A stretch of DNA of 64,000 bases, from positions 981,898 through 1,045,897 of the forward strand of contig CAVRJM010000001.1 in assembly GCA_963722075.1 (NCBI GenBank), written 5' to 3'. The stretch is from Candidatus Babeliales bacterium (GTDB taxonomy: Bacteria > Babelota > Babeliae > Babelales > JANWKD01). Numbering within the stretch: the first letter of the stretch is position 1; every line of letters starts with the position of its first letter. Shown here piece after piece: positions 19,592-29,064 of the stretch. The translations under genes and the position numbers were made by a program. The notes below the pieces were generated by a model, which worked only from the letters and a program-made list of their open reading frames with translations, searched no databases and was not told where the DNA came from.

Positions 19592-22306
19592 TTAGAATTT
19601 CCAACGCATTTCTACTTCACCACCATAATCACCCCGTTCATCACGCATACCGCGCAGAGTGATGTCATCAGATAAGAAATACTCAACTTCTAATTTAATA
19701 TCTTCAGATAAGCTAAAATTTTTCTGTATCATGCCACGCAACTGATCGTTAACATCAATTTCGATGGTCCCTCGAAAACCACCACGTCCTGATTGATCAG
19801 AAAAACCTGGTATAAAACGGATATGCTTAAACTGTTCTAATAACCCTTTAAAATACCCTTCCAATTTAGTCGCTGATTGCTCCGGACCAAAAATGATATT
19901 TTGCAACTTTTGCATAATCATTGCTGGCATCGCCAGACTTAATGATCCTTCTTCAGTTCCCGCCAGTAATAGGGTAATAATCTGTTCTTCAGTTAAGGGT
20001 GGCGTTGATTCAAAACTAATATGCGGTTGCTGTAACGATCCTTCACAACGCAATGTTATTTGATATTTTCTAATCTTGCCTTTTGCAATAAGCTCAACTA
20101 AAGGATCGTATAATTGATGCGGTAAAAAATGAATACCACAATGCGTAATAGAAAGCGGCCGATAGGGAAATGCTAATGTTCCTTTTTCTAAATATAAACT
20201 TCCCGTGCATTCTGGGTGTTGTAATCTTCCTTGTATAGCAACCGATCCTTGCACTGACGTATCTAAAAAGGATGTTTTCACTTCAATAGGATTTTTCGTT
20301 TCAATGAATAAATTTAACCAACATTGTTCCTTTAAATCAGTTCGAGAATCAGTTAAATCATTAGTAACTGGTTTACCAAATTGAGCAAAGATATTTTTTT
20401 TAAAATAACCACGATCGATAATTATATTACCCGTTAATTCATTTTTCTTATTTTCATCATATACATACACAATAGTGCCGGAAAAAACAGCAAACAACTC
20501 TTTTTGTAAGGTTAAAAACGCTTTTTTTATAAGACATGGTGCATAAATATAATAGGGAGTTCCATTATTGCGCAAAAGTATATGTGCTCGCGAACAATAT
20601 AATGATCCTTTATCAAGCTCTAAAAGACAATCGTTAAGTACAATTTTTTTAGCTTTAAAATCTGCATGCATTACCGCTTTCAAATTTCTAATCAAACTAT
20701 AGGTACCGGGTATGCGTATATTCCCTTCAATTAGTTCTAAAGAAGATTCTACTGATGATTCTTTATAGGTACCTTTTATATGTAAAATGCCTTGGCCCGG
20801 AACTTTATAATTAAAAAGATGATTGGTAATTTCTTGACCAATACTGAAATCAATAACCCCATTAAACCCTTCTTGATCGCTCATAATTTGTATCAGCGGC
20901 TGTTCTTTTTTTTCATGTACCGTAAAATCTGTTAATGCAAAATGTGGCTGTAAAGTAAAAGAGCCCTTATATTTTTTTTTATTAAATTCACCTTTAATAG
21001 AACAATCTTTAAAAGTTCCATCAATGGTCCCCTTTATACCATACGCAATTGATTTTGTTATCATATCTCGAGCATGCAATGTGTAGGATCCTGTATAGAT
21101 CCCATCCAACAAAGAAAGCTCAAACCATAATGCTTTTTTTTCAATAACTAATTCATTATGTATGGCAATATCAGCTACATTAGTAGCCTTAAGATAGCCA
21201 GTACTGGCTTTTTCATCATAGTAACCACCAATATGAGCATCTTTTACATCATCAAAAAAATGATCCGCATGCATCACCCATTTTTGTTTATTATAATCAA
21301 TAGCTATTTCTAAAGAGCCTAAAGGAATATTACACAAAGCGATATCGGTACATGTTAAGGATCCATTGAGCGTATCGGATAATTGTATGGTAAAATGACT
21401 TGTAATAGTCCCATTTAATACATCAGGTGCAACAAAAGGTATGAATGATGTTAAATAATGAGCTGGTATTGCTCCAATAACGGTACCATGCACGGCATGC
21501 GCTGTTTTAATCCAATTATAAAACATAAGATGCCACTGCTGATCAGAAGAATTAATAAAGAGCTGACCATTATTATTGCTCCAATGACCTTCAATAATAT
21601 ACTTTTGATCGTCAATGGGTAAATGCGGGAATAATAAGGTACTATACATATCGAGGCTAATTATATTATTTTTCCAATCGGGAATATCTAAATCAAAATG
21701 CCCCGAAAGAGCAGTACAATATTTCTTGCTATCATAAGTAACTTCACCTTCCATAAAATAAATTTGTAATTTTAACCATCCTTGTACATTGCTATAAGCA
21801 CCATTAAACAGGGTGCTATACGTCATGCTATTAGCACAATTATGTAAAAGAAAAGATCCATTATTAATGGTTAATGTTCTGAGTGTCGCAGGAAATCCTT
21901 CTGCACCAGCAATAAAATTTTGCAAATGCCCCACAATTGCTATTGATGAATGATCAAAGGTAGAATGGGAATCAAGATCATTTAAGGTAACTTCTATATC
22001 AAATTTATTTTGAAATAAAAATGAAAGCCATGAAAAATGTATCTTAAAATAAGGTGCACGCCATTGCCATTGCCCCTCAGGATCCGTAACACATACTTCC
22101 CTAAGCTCTATGGTACCGGTGAGAACATTCACCCGTGTTACCGTTCCTTCTAAATAACTTTTAAAAGACGTTAAAAAAATCTTCTTTATTTGCAACTCAA
22201 CAAAATGAATTACTTGGGGATCAAATTGAAGCAAGAGAAGCGCTATAATCACCGAAGCAAGAAATGATAAAAGCAGAGATCTAACGCATCTAAAGAACAC
22301 ATTCAT
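19592..22306 (-). CDS. tamB: TamB-like translocation and assembly module protein (DUF490 C-terminus)
   Basis: N-terminal TM anchor, long beta-rich body and a C-terminus typical of TamB (ISFESTPPLTEEQIITLLLAG ... GGEVEMRWKF). I placed the start at the ATG that forms an ATGA overlap with the upstream stop; the track start 22321 is also possible. Confidence 0.75.
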   Translation of the reverse strand: MNVFFRCVRSLLLSFLASVIIALLLLQFDPQVIHFVELQIKKIFLTSFKSYLEGTVTRVNVLTGTIELREVCVTDPEGQWQWRAPYFKIHFSWLSFLFQNKFDIEVTLNDLDSHSTFDHSSIAIVGHLQNFIAGAEGFPATLRTLTINNGSFLLHNCANSMTYSTLFNGAYSNVQGWLKLQIYFMEGEVTYDSKKYCTALSGHFDLDIPDWKNNIISLDMYSTLLFPHLPIDDQKYIIEGHWSNNNGQLFINSSDQQWHLMFYNWIKTAHAVHGTVIGAIPAHYLTSFIPFVAPDVLNGTITSHFTIQLSDTLNGSLTCTDIALCNIPLGSLEIAIDYNKQKWVMHADHFFDDVKDAHIGGYYDEKASTGYLKATNVADIAIHNELVIEKKALWFELSLLDGIYTGSYTLHARDMITKSIAYGIKGTIDGTFKDCSIKGEFNKKKYKGSFTLQPHFALTDFTVHEKKEQPLIQIMSDQEGFNGVIDFSIGQEITNHLFNYKVPGQGILHIKGTYKESSVESSLELIEGNIRIPGTYSLIRNLKAVMHADFKAKKIVLNDCLLELDKGSLYCSRAHILLRNNGTPYYIYAPCLIKKAFLTLQKELFAVFSGTIVYVYDENKKNELTGNIIIDRGYFKKNIFAQFGKPVTNDLTDSRTDLKEQCWLNLFIETKNPIEVKTSFLDTSVQGSVAIQGRLQHPECTGSLYLEKGTLAFPYRPLSITHCGIHFLPHQLYDPLVELIAKGKIRKYQITLRCEGSLQQPHISFESTPPLTEEQIITLLLAGTEEGSLSLAMPAMIMQKLQNIIFGPEQSATKLEGYFKGLLEQFKHIRFIPGFSDQSGRGGFRGTIEIDVNDQLRGMIQKNFSLSEDIKLEVEYFLSDDITLRGMRDERGDYGGEVEMRWKF

Positions 22307-22806
22307 GGCATAAGAACCCAACGGTTCTGATACTCATATTTTCTTATATAAGGCAGTTGCGCACTTGGTATTGTTATTGCATACGCATATTGTTTAGTTG
22401 CGTCAATCAAATATATCGTTCCAGAGCTCATTGATCCATCAGGGAAAAATTGTATTTTATCGTGCACAAAGGTGATCGCTTGATTAATCTTGTGCAACGG
22501 TTGTGAGGGGGGGCCATAACATTCAGGTAAAAAACCAAATCGTATATTATTAGATAATGAATACGTACTTGAATCCACGGTATAACTTTGGCGAGCTTGA
22601 TTAAATGTCAGCTTCTGTTCCTTATGAGTTGCTAATGCATATTGACGCAAATAGTAACAAACCATAGCCAATTTTTCTACTTCTGATTTAAGTACCGTGT
22701 TATTTAAAAATGAAAGACTTGGTAACGCTAATCCTATAATAACCATGATAAGCGTAATAACTATGAGAAATTCCATGAGAAAAAACCCCTGCTTAGCAGT
22801 TATCAC
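22303..22806 (-). CDS. Prepilin-type N-terminal cleavage/methylation domain protein (minor pilin / GspH-FimT-like)
   Basis: The leader MITAKQG followed by FFLMEFLIVITLIMVIIGLALP fits the G/F-x-x-x-E prepilin peptidase motif with Glu at +5. GTG start 12 nt after the ATPase stop. Confidence 0.75.
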   Translation of the reverse strand: MITAKQGFFLMEFLIVITLIMVIIGLALPSLSFLNNTVLKSEVEKLAMVCYYLRQYALATHKEQKLTFNQARQSYTVDSSTYSLSNNIRFGFLPECYGPPSQPLHKINQAITFVHDKIQFFPDGSMSSGTIYLIDATKQYAYAITIPSAQLPYIRKYEYQNRWVLMP

Positions 22807-22818
22807 TTTTTTTCCCTT

Positions 22819-24549
22819 TTATTCTGGTTGATCCTCTTCGCTGGTGGCTACGCGCAACACTTCTTCCGGCGTTGTTAATCCTTCAGCAATTTTGGCAATA
22901 CCATCCTGAATTAAAAGTGTCATACCGTCAGCAATCGCCTGGCGTCTAATTACCGATGCATCAGCCTTTTCTATAGTAAGCTTAGCCACTTCACTGCTCA
23001 TTTCCATTACTTCAAATATAGCAAGCCGCCCCTTATAGCCATTAACACATTCCTCACACGCCACTGGTTTATAAAAAGTAATTTTAGCTGCTTTTTCTTT
23101 ACTTAATCCAAGCAAACGTAATACTTCATCATCAGGAGTGTATGGTTGTTTTGATTTTGGGCATAAGCGACGTACTAAACGTTGCGCCAATACACTCACC
23201 ACTGAAGAAGCAATTAAGAATGGTTCAATTCCCATATCGATTAATCGGGTAATACTGGCAGGCGCATTATTAGTATGTATCGTTGTTAGTACTAAGTGCC
23301 CCGTAAGTGCCGCTTGGATAGCAATTTGCGCTGTTTCTTGATCGCGCGTTTCACCAATCATAATAATATCTGGATCTTGCCGTAAAATAGAACGTAAAGC
23401 AGCAGCAAAAGTTAAACCAATTTTAGCATTCACTTGCACTTGACCAATACCCGCCATTTGATATTCAACAGGATCTTCCACCGTAACCACGTTAACTTCA
23501 GGTTTATTTAAGCGGCTTAAAATTGAATATAACGTCGATGTTTTACCAGACCCAGTAGGACCTGAGACCAATATAATACCGTTAGCACGCGCTGTGCTTT
23601 TAGTGATCACCTCAAAATCACGTTTACTAAATCCAAGTTGTTCAAGAGCCCCAAATGTTTTTGATTTATCAAGAAGTCGCATTACAATTCGTTCACCAAA
23701 AGTGACCGGCAATACCGAAACACGAATATCGATTGCTTTATCGGCAACTTTAATTTGAATTCTCCCATCTTGCGGCAATCGCTTTTCAGCAATATTAAGA
23801 TTTGCCATAATTTTTATTCGCGAAGATAATGCTGCTTGCACCCGTTTAGGAGGCGTAAATGCTGGATACATAATACCATCAATTCGATAACGAACACGCA
23901 CTTCTTTTTCATACGGTTCAATATGAATATCTGAAGCGCCGCGCTTAACTGCCTGCACAAAGATATGATTTACTAATTTGATTATGGGCGCTTCACCAGC
24001 CATAGTAAGGATATCTTTTTCTTCGATCTCCTCAAATTCCATAGCCTCAGGCATTCCCTTTTCTTCTTCAAGCTCCTCAATCATCTGCTTGGTACCCTCA
24101 AGCGGATAATAGCGATTGATTCCTTCTATAATAACCTCTTTGGTTGCAACAGCCCGCTGCACATCACCGCCCAACAGCATCGTCAGCTCGTCAAGCGGTT
24201 GAAAGAGCGTAGGATTTGAAGTAATTAAGGTTACTGCACCGTTATACATAACCGGCATAATACTATTTTGCCGTAAAAATTTAAGCGGAATTCTACCAAG
24301 TAAGGCCGGATCAGCCATTTTTTCAGTAATTTTTTCTATAAAGGGAAGTCCTGTTTGCTCTGCATAGGCACGGGCAATATCCTCATTGGTTACAAACTGA
24401 TGCTCTACTAAACAATCCGCCATTGATTGCCCCGTAGTGCTTATTTTGGCGGAGCACTCTTTTATTTGATCCTGACTTATAATACCCCGATCAAGTAAAA
24501 TCGTTATTATATCTTTTTTAATTACCATATTTGATCTTTCAACCGACAA
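22819..24549 (-). CDS. Type II secretion / type IV pilus assembly ATPase (GspE/PilB family)
   Basis: N-terminal T2SSE_N-like domain, Walker A GPTGSGKTST, Asp and His boxes (IMIGETRD, TGHLVLTTIHTN) and a tetracysteine motif (CPKS...CEEC). Confidence 0.9.
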   Translation of the reverse strand: MSVERSNMVIKKDIITILLDRGIISQDQIKECSAKISTTGQSMADCLVEHQFVTNEDIARAYAEQTGLPFIEKITEKMADPALLGRIPLKFLRQNSIMPVMYNGAVTLITSNPTLFQPLDELTMLLGGDVQRAVATKEVIIEGINRYYPLEGTKQMIEELEEEKGMPEAMEFEEIEEKDILTMAGEAPIIKLVNHIFVQAVKRGASDIHIEPYEKEVRVRYRIDGIMYPAFTPPKRVQAALSSRIKIMANLNIAEKRLPQDGRIQIKVADKAIDIRVSVLPVTFGERIVMRLLDKSKTFGALEQLGFSKRDFEVITKSTARANGIILVSGPTGSGKTSTLYSILSRLNKPEVNVVTVEDPVEYQMAGIGQVQVNAKIGLTFAAALRSILRQDPDIIMIGETRDQETAQIAIQAALTGHLVLTTIHTNNAPASITRLIDMGIEPFLIASSVVSVLAQRLVRRLCPKSKQPYTPDDEVLRLLGLSKEKAAKITFYKPVACEECVNGYKGRLAIFEVMEMSSEVAKLTIEKADASVIRRQAIADGMTLLIQDGIAKIAEGLTTPEEVLRVATSEEDQPE

Positions 24550-24716
24550 ATGAAGAACTTTTTATAGAATACTACTGATATGCATCAAGATACCAGATTT
24601 TTATAAATTATGGTGCAGCATGTTCACTTGCTCGCCCTTTAAACGTATGGTAGTCTATATTATATAGAAAGAGTGTTACACAAATAAATTTCTAATTGCA
24701 AAAATTAATCCCAAGC

Positions 24717-24826
24717 GTCATCCCGAGCTTGCGTGGGGATCCATTAATAAAATGAATAACCTATTAATGGATTGTTTCGTAAACCCTGTCCGCCGAAGCC
24801 CGGGGCGAAGGCTGGATCGCAATGAC
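24717..24826. repeat. GC-rich palindromic repeat units (both subtypes)
   Basis: gtcatcccgagcttgcgtggggatccattaataaaat, followed by atggattgtttcgtaaaccctgtccgccgaagcccggggcgaaggctggatcgcaatgac. Confidence 0.75.
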
Positions 24827-24850
24827 ATCCACTTATCAAGGTTCTAGTAA

Positions 24851-25732
24851 ATGAGTAAAAACCTCAAAGTACAACAAATTATTACCATTATTTTATTTGC
24901 ACTTTTCTTATCTTCCTGCAAAAAAAGTAAATGGGAAATAACGCCAACTTATTATAAATCAAAGTATTCTGAAACTGCTGATAAAAAAGAAAAGCCAGCG
25001 CGTCCTTCGGTCATGAACCGAAACCCACAAAATCTTACCTTTGATGAATTAAAAGTTGCCAAAAATTATGCCCAACAAACCGGTAACAAACGACAGATTA
25101 TTATTTACTTAGAAAATATGGTAAAACAATGCATCGATCCAAATCTATTAAAAGATATCAATTTAGAACTTGCTGATTTGCATTTTGAACTAGGCAACAT
25201 GGAACAAGCTTCTAAATTATATACCGCATACATTAATTTGTTTCCCGGCAGCCCACAACGCGCTTATGTTCATTACCAAGCCATTTTATGTAAATTTTAT
25301 AGTACCTTTACTCCTGATCGGGACCAAACGCGAACTGAAGAAACATTCAAATTAACACAATTATATTTAGATGTTGTAGGTAAACAAGATGAGTTATATA
25401 AAGAATATGCCGATGAAGTAAGCTCAATACAAAAACAATGTTGCAAAAAATTATATGATCATGAAAAGGATATTTTTAACTTTTATTTCAAAAAAAGAAA
25501 CTACAAAGCAGCACAAGTGCATTTAGATGAAATGAAAAAAACATTTATTGCACTTATGAAATCAGACGTAGAGCCTGAACTTATTGCGTTAGAATGTTCC
25601 TTAGCTACCAAACAAGGAAATAATCAATTATTTGAACTCAAACAACATGAGCTGATTACTAAATATCCACACCAGGCTACTATAACCTTAGCAGCAAACC
25701 TTCCTAAAACTGATCATGTCACTCGCTTCTAG
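24851..25732 (+). CDS. bamD: BamD/ComL-like outer-membrane assembly lipoprotein
   Basis: Lipobox FLSSC at residues 19-23. TPR-like helical repeats with BamD-type blocks (LFPGSPQRAYVHYQAILCKF, TPDRDQTRTEE, FYFKKRNYKAAQ). Confidence 0.65.
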   Translation: MSKNLKVQQIITIILFALFLSSCKKSKWEITPTYYKSKYSETADKKEKPARPSVMNRNPQNLTFDELKVAKNYAQQTGNKRQIIIYLENMVKQCIDPNLLKDINLELADLHFELGNMEQASKLYTAYINLFPGSPQRAYVHYQAILCKFYSTFTPDRDQTRTEETFKLTQLYLDVVGKQDELYKEYADEVSSIQKQCCKKLYDHEKDIFNFYFKKRNYKAAQVHLDEMKKTFIALMKSDVEPELIALECSLATKQGNNQLFELKQHELITKYPHQATITLAANLPKTDHVTRF

Positions 25733-26099
25733 CTACCAGATTAATAAAAAGCTTGGTAATGAAGGAGAACAAGCCGTTGGCAAATGGTTAGAAAAAAAAG
25801 GATTTACGATTCGTGCTTATAATTATAAATCGCGAACCGGTGAAATTGATATTATTGCCTACTATAAAGATATCGTTGCTTTTGTAGAAGTTAAAGTACG
25901 AACCACTGAGTATTTTAATAATTCATTAGTGGTAAATCACACTAAGCAACAAAAAATTATAAAAACGGCACTCTTTTTTTGTGCAACTGAACGTATTACT
26001 GATAAAGTGTTACGTTTTGATGTGGCATTATTAAAACCAATTAGCAGCACCTTTGAAATTACGTATATTGAAAATGCGTTTACTCAGAAGGAATGGTAA
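25716..26099 (+). CDS. yraN: YraN family (UPF0102) endonuclease-like protein
   Basis: GEQAVGKWLEKKGFTIRAYNYKSRTGEIDIIAYYKDIVAFVEVKVRT is the canonical YraN core. Overlaps the bamD-like gene end by 17 nt. Confidence 0.8.
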   Translation: MSLASSYQINKKLGNEGEQAVGKWLEKKGFTIRAYNYKSRTGEIDIIAYYKDIVAFVEVKVRTTEYFNNSLVVNHTKQQKIIKTALFFCATERITDKVLRFDVALLKPISSTFEITYIENAFTQKEW

Positions 26100-26201
26100 T
26101 ATAATTAATGGATCCTTATCCTTTTTTTTCCAAGGGCATTCGCTGAAAAGTCATCATAACTAGCCTTATGTTCAAAGCCGAAAAATATATATGTAGAAAA
26201 C

Positions 26202-26431
26202 CGTCGTTGCGATCCAGCCTTCGCTCGAAGAGCTTTGGAGGAGAAGCAATCCAGGCAGCATTATAAACTTTCATTCAGATCAGAATTAAACTTACCAATT
26301 TATTTACTTCTTGATAGATTTGCTTGTAGAGAAAATTAATTAAATTTATTATTTAGTATCGATTTCATTTATTTTAACCTGGATTGCTTCTCCGCCGAAG
26401 CTCTTCGAGCGAAGGCTGGATCGCAACGACG
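26202..26431. repeat. MITE-like element, GCAATCCAG-type, ~54-bp near-perfect terminal inverted repeats
   Basis: cgtcgttgcgatccagccttcgctcgaagagctttggaggagaagcaatccagg at the left, and its reverse complement (cctggattgcttctccgccgaagctcttcgagcgaaggctggatcgcaacgacg) at the right. AT-rich core. Confidence 0.85.
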
Positions 26432-26481
26432 TACATTTGTAAATTTTTATCAATTGAGCGATATTTTATTGATAAACCTTT

Positions 26482-26531
26482 GTCATTCCGAACGAAGTGT
26501 GGGAATCCATTAATAAAATAAAATCAAAATT
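26482..26531. repeat. Repeat unit abutting the cdsA start codon
   Basis: gtcattccgaacgaagtgtgggaatccattaataaaataaaatcaaaatt runs straight into the ATG. It is about 85 percent identical to 58586-58637 upstream of the RHH gene. Confidence 0.75.
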
Positions 26532-27200
26532 ATGAATTACACCGAACTTAAAAAAAGAATAATCACCGGAAGCTTAATTGGCACCACGCTTAGTTCAATT
26601 TTCTTTTTCTTACCACCAACTTTCACTACCATCCTTTTACTAAGTTGCTTAATCGAAATCCTCATTTTCGAAATGCCACGTCTTCTTAATTACCAAAAAA
26701 TCAGCTCATGGATTTTTACGATCTTTTACCCCATTTTTCCCTTTTATTTACTTATTACCTTAAATCAATCTAATCAACGAATGTTATTACTATTTATTTT
26801 TGTAGTTACTTTTGCTCATGATATAGGTGCTTATTTTGCAGGCAATTTTTTTGGCAAACATAAATTGCTCCCTTCGGTAAGCCCTAAAAAAACATGGGAA
26901 GGTTTTGTAGGCGGCATTATAGCCGTATTTATAATGGTGGTTGTTTTTTACAAAGCATCTTTTGTAGCACTTATTTTAGGATCTCTGGCAATCGCCTGCG
27001 CAGCAACCATTGGTGATTTATTTGAATCATGGCTAAAACGGAAAGCAAGTATTAAAGATACGGGAACATTACTACCAGGACATGGTGGATTATTGGATAG
27101 GTTTGATAGTATCTTGTTTGTCGCAATAATTATATATTTTCTGCATTATTATTATTTTGATTTTGCAAGTCCGGTATTTTTCTCGCCAAAAATACCGTAG
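26532..27200 (+). CDS. cdsA: Phosphatidate cytidylyltransferase (CDP-diglyceride synthase)
   Basis: SPKKTWEGFVGG and the signature GDLFESWLKRKASIKDTGTLLPGHGGLLDRFDS. Multi-TM. Confidence 0.9.
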   Translation: MNYTELKKRIITGSLIGTTLSSIFFFLPPTFTTILLLSCLIEILIFEMPRLLNYQKISSWIFTIFYPIFPFYLLITLNQSNQRMLLLFIFVVTFAHDIGAYFAGNFFGKHKLLPSVSPKKTWEGFVGGIIAVFIMVVVFYKASFVALILGSLAIACAATIGDLFESWLKRKASIKDTGTLLPGHGGLLDRFDSILFVAIIIYFLHYYYFDFASPVFFSPKIP

Positions 27201-27271
27201 ACAAAAAGGCGCCAACATGCTGTTGGATTGCTTCGCTCCGGATGACAAATGAAATAAATGATATAAGAATT

Positions 27272-28528
27272 TTATCTCTTTAAATAACTTACTAATGCAG
27301 TTTGATCAATCAGTTCTTCACTACCTGTTATCATATCTTTAACCATAACCTTACGCGCTTCTTGTTCTTGAGAACCAATAAGTAATACATACCGCGCTCC
27401 CATCTTATTTGCTTTGCGCATCATACTTTTGAGCGAATCATCTTCCAGCATAATATCAACACAGAGCTGCTGCGCTTGCAATTCATCAGCAAGTAATAAC
27501 GCCAATGAATGCTGTTCCTTACTTAAAGGAATTATTATATGTAAGGTAGGAGGCATTTCCAATGGTAACTGGGCCATCATTGGCTCAAGTAATAATGTTA
27601 ACCTCTCTATACCAATTGACGCACCAACGGCAGGAACATCAGTAGGTGCACCCAATTGTGTAGCAAGCCTATTATAACGTCCACCCCCACAAAATGCTCG
27701 TTGCGCTCCTAAATTATCACTGACAAATTCAAAGACTGTTTTATCATAATAATCAAGACCACGTACCAAATAAGGAGAATAACTAAAAGAAATGGAAAGA
27801 ATATGTAACTGATCTTGCAGCCGATGCCATTCAGCCTCACATTCTTTGCATAAATTATCGGCAATGCGTGGCGCGTTCTCATACAATACTCTACAGGTAG
27901 CAACCTTACAATCAAAAACGCGCAAAATATTATGTTCTTTGCGAAGTAAGCAATCAGCGCACAATTGTTCTTGAACATTATTTAAAAATTCATACAATTT
28001 TTTTTTAAAGCGCTGACGATCATCAAAACACCCTAAATAATTAATTAATAACGCATACACATCAAGCTTAAAAGCTTCTTGAAATAACCGATCGAGCATT
28101 TTGATAAGTTGCACATCCTGCGCAACAGATTCCGATGCAATAACTTCATAAGTAACTTGATGGAATTCACGAAACCGCCCTTTTTGAGGACGTTCATGGC
28201 GAAACATCGGTCCAATGGAATATACTTTCCATGGTGTGGTTAGTTGCTCTTTATGTTCTAGATAGGTGCGCATCGTTGGCGCGGTTGCTTCAGGCCGTAA
28301 ACATAAAGAATCTGGTTGGGTTGCGTCACCAATAATAAACATCTCCTTGCTTACCACGTCAGTCTGTAAACCCAATGAGCGTTTAAAAAGCTCCGTATGC
28401 TCTAAAATAGGAGTTTCAATTTGATTAAAATGATAATAAAGCGCATGCTGATGAATTATTTTTTGAACATATGAAACTAAACGAAAATCTAAAATGTCGT
28501 GTGTCCCTTTTACGCGCGAAATCATCAT
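27272..28528 (-). CDS. hisS: Histidine--tRNA ligase
   Basis: KGTHDILD N-terminus, class II motif 2 (FRHERPQKGRFREFHQ), motif 3 (GGGRYN), and a C-terminal anticodon-binding domain. Confidence 0.95.
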   Translation of the reverse strand: MMISRVKGTHDILDFRLVSYVQKIIHQHALYYHFNQIETPILEHTELFKRSLGLQTDVVSKEMFIIGDATQPDSLCLRPEATAPTMRTYLEHKEQLTTPWKVYSIGPMFRHERPQKGRFREFHQVTYEVIASESVAQDVQLIKMLDRLFQEAFKLDVYALLINYLGCFDDRQRFKKKLYEFLNNVQEQLCADCLLRKEHNILRVFDCKVATCRVLYENAPRIADNLCKECEAEWHRLQDQLHILSISFSYSPYLVRGLDYYDKTVFEFVSDNLGAQRAFCGGGRYNRLATQLGAPTDVPAVGASIGIERLTLLLEPMMAQLPLEMPPTLHIIIPLSKEQHSLALLLADELQAQQLCVDIMLEDDSLKSMMRKANKMGARYVLLIGSQEQEARKVMVKDMITGSEELIDQTALVSYLKR

Positions 28529-28568
28529 AGTAACCTTATAAAATTAAAATTTTCGACTTATTTATTCA

Positions 28569-28649
28569 CTGGATTCTTACGCTACCGCCCAGAATGACAT
28601 TCCTGTCCATCGTCATCCTGAGGAGTCGGAAGACGACGTGAGGATCCAG
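28569..28649. repeat. GGATCC-type inverted repeat pair
   Basis: ctggattcttacgctaccgcccagaatgac and cgtcatcctgaggagtcggaagacgacgtgaggatccag. Confidence 0.75.
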
Positions 28650-28982
28650 TAAGTATAAATGATACATTTTTTATAAATGGATCCAACCTTCGTTAAAACT
28701 ACAAAGCACTATCATTTCTCAAGATCGCAATGAAAGCACTGTCTCAATGCAAGTTTTGAATAGAATTTTATAGCTTTTCCCTCCAAAACTCAATAGATGT
28801 CAGTTTATCAAATAAAAATTTTTTTACATTTTTTTAAAAAAATAGTTGACTTACTTTTATATAAATTGATAAAACACAGTTCAAAGAGGTGTAATCAAGG
28901 CTAAAAAAAGGAGAGCTGCCTATGAAATAGATTGATAGCTCACTTAAAAACGAACAAAAAAAAAGAAAAAAAACAAAAAATA

Positions 28983-29012
28983 TTGACTCATGTTAGTTAA
29001 AATTGTTATGAA
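28983..29012 (+). promoter_or_regulatory. Candidate sigma70-type promoter for the OMP gene
   Basis: TTGACT, then 17-18 nt, then TATGAA, about 50 nt upstream of the ATG. A second TTGACT box lies at 28846-28851. Confidence 0.35.
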
Positions 29013-29064
29013 AAAGAGAAATAAGTAACGGTAGTTTATTTTAACACTTCAAAAAGGAGTATTT

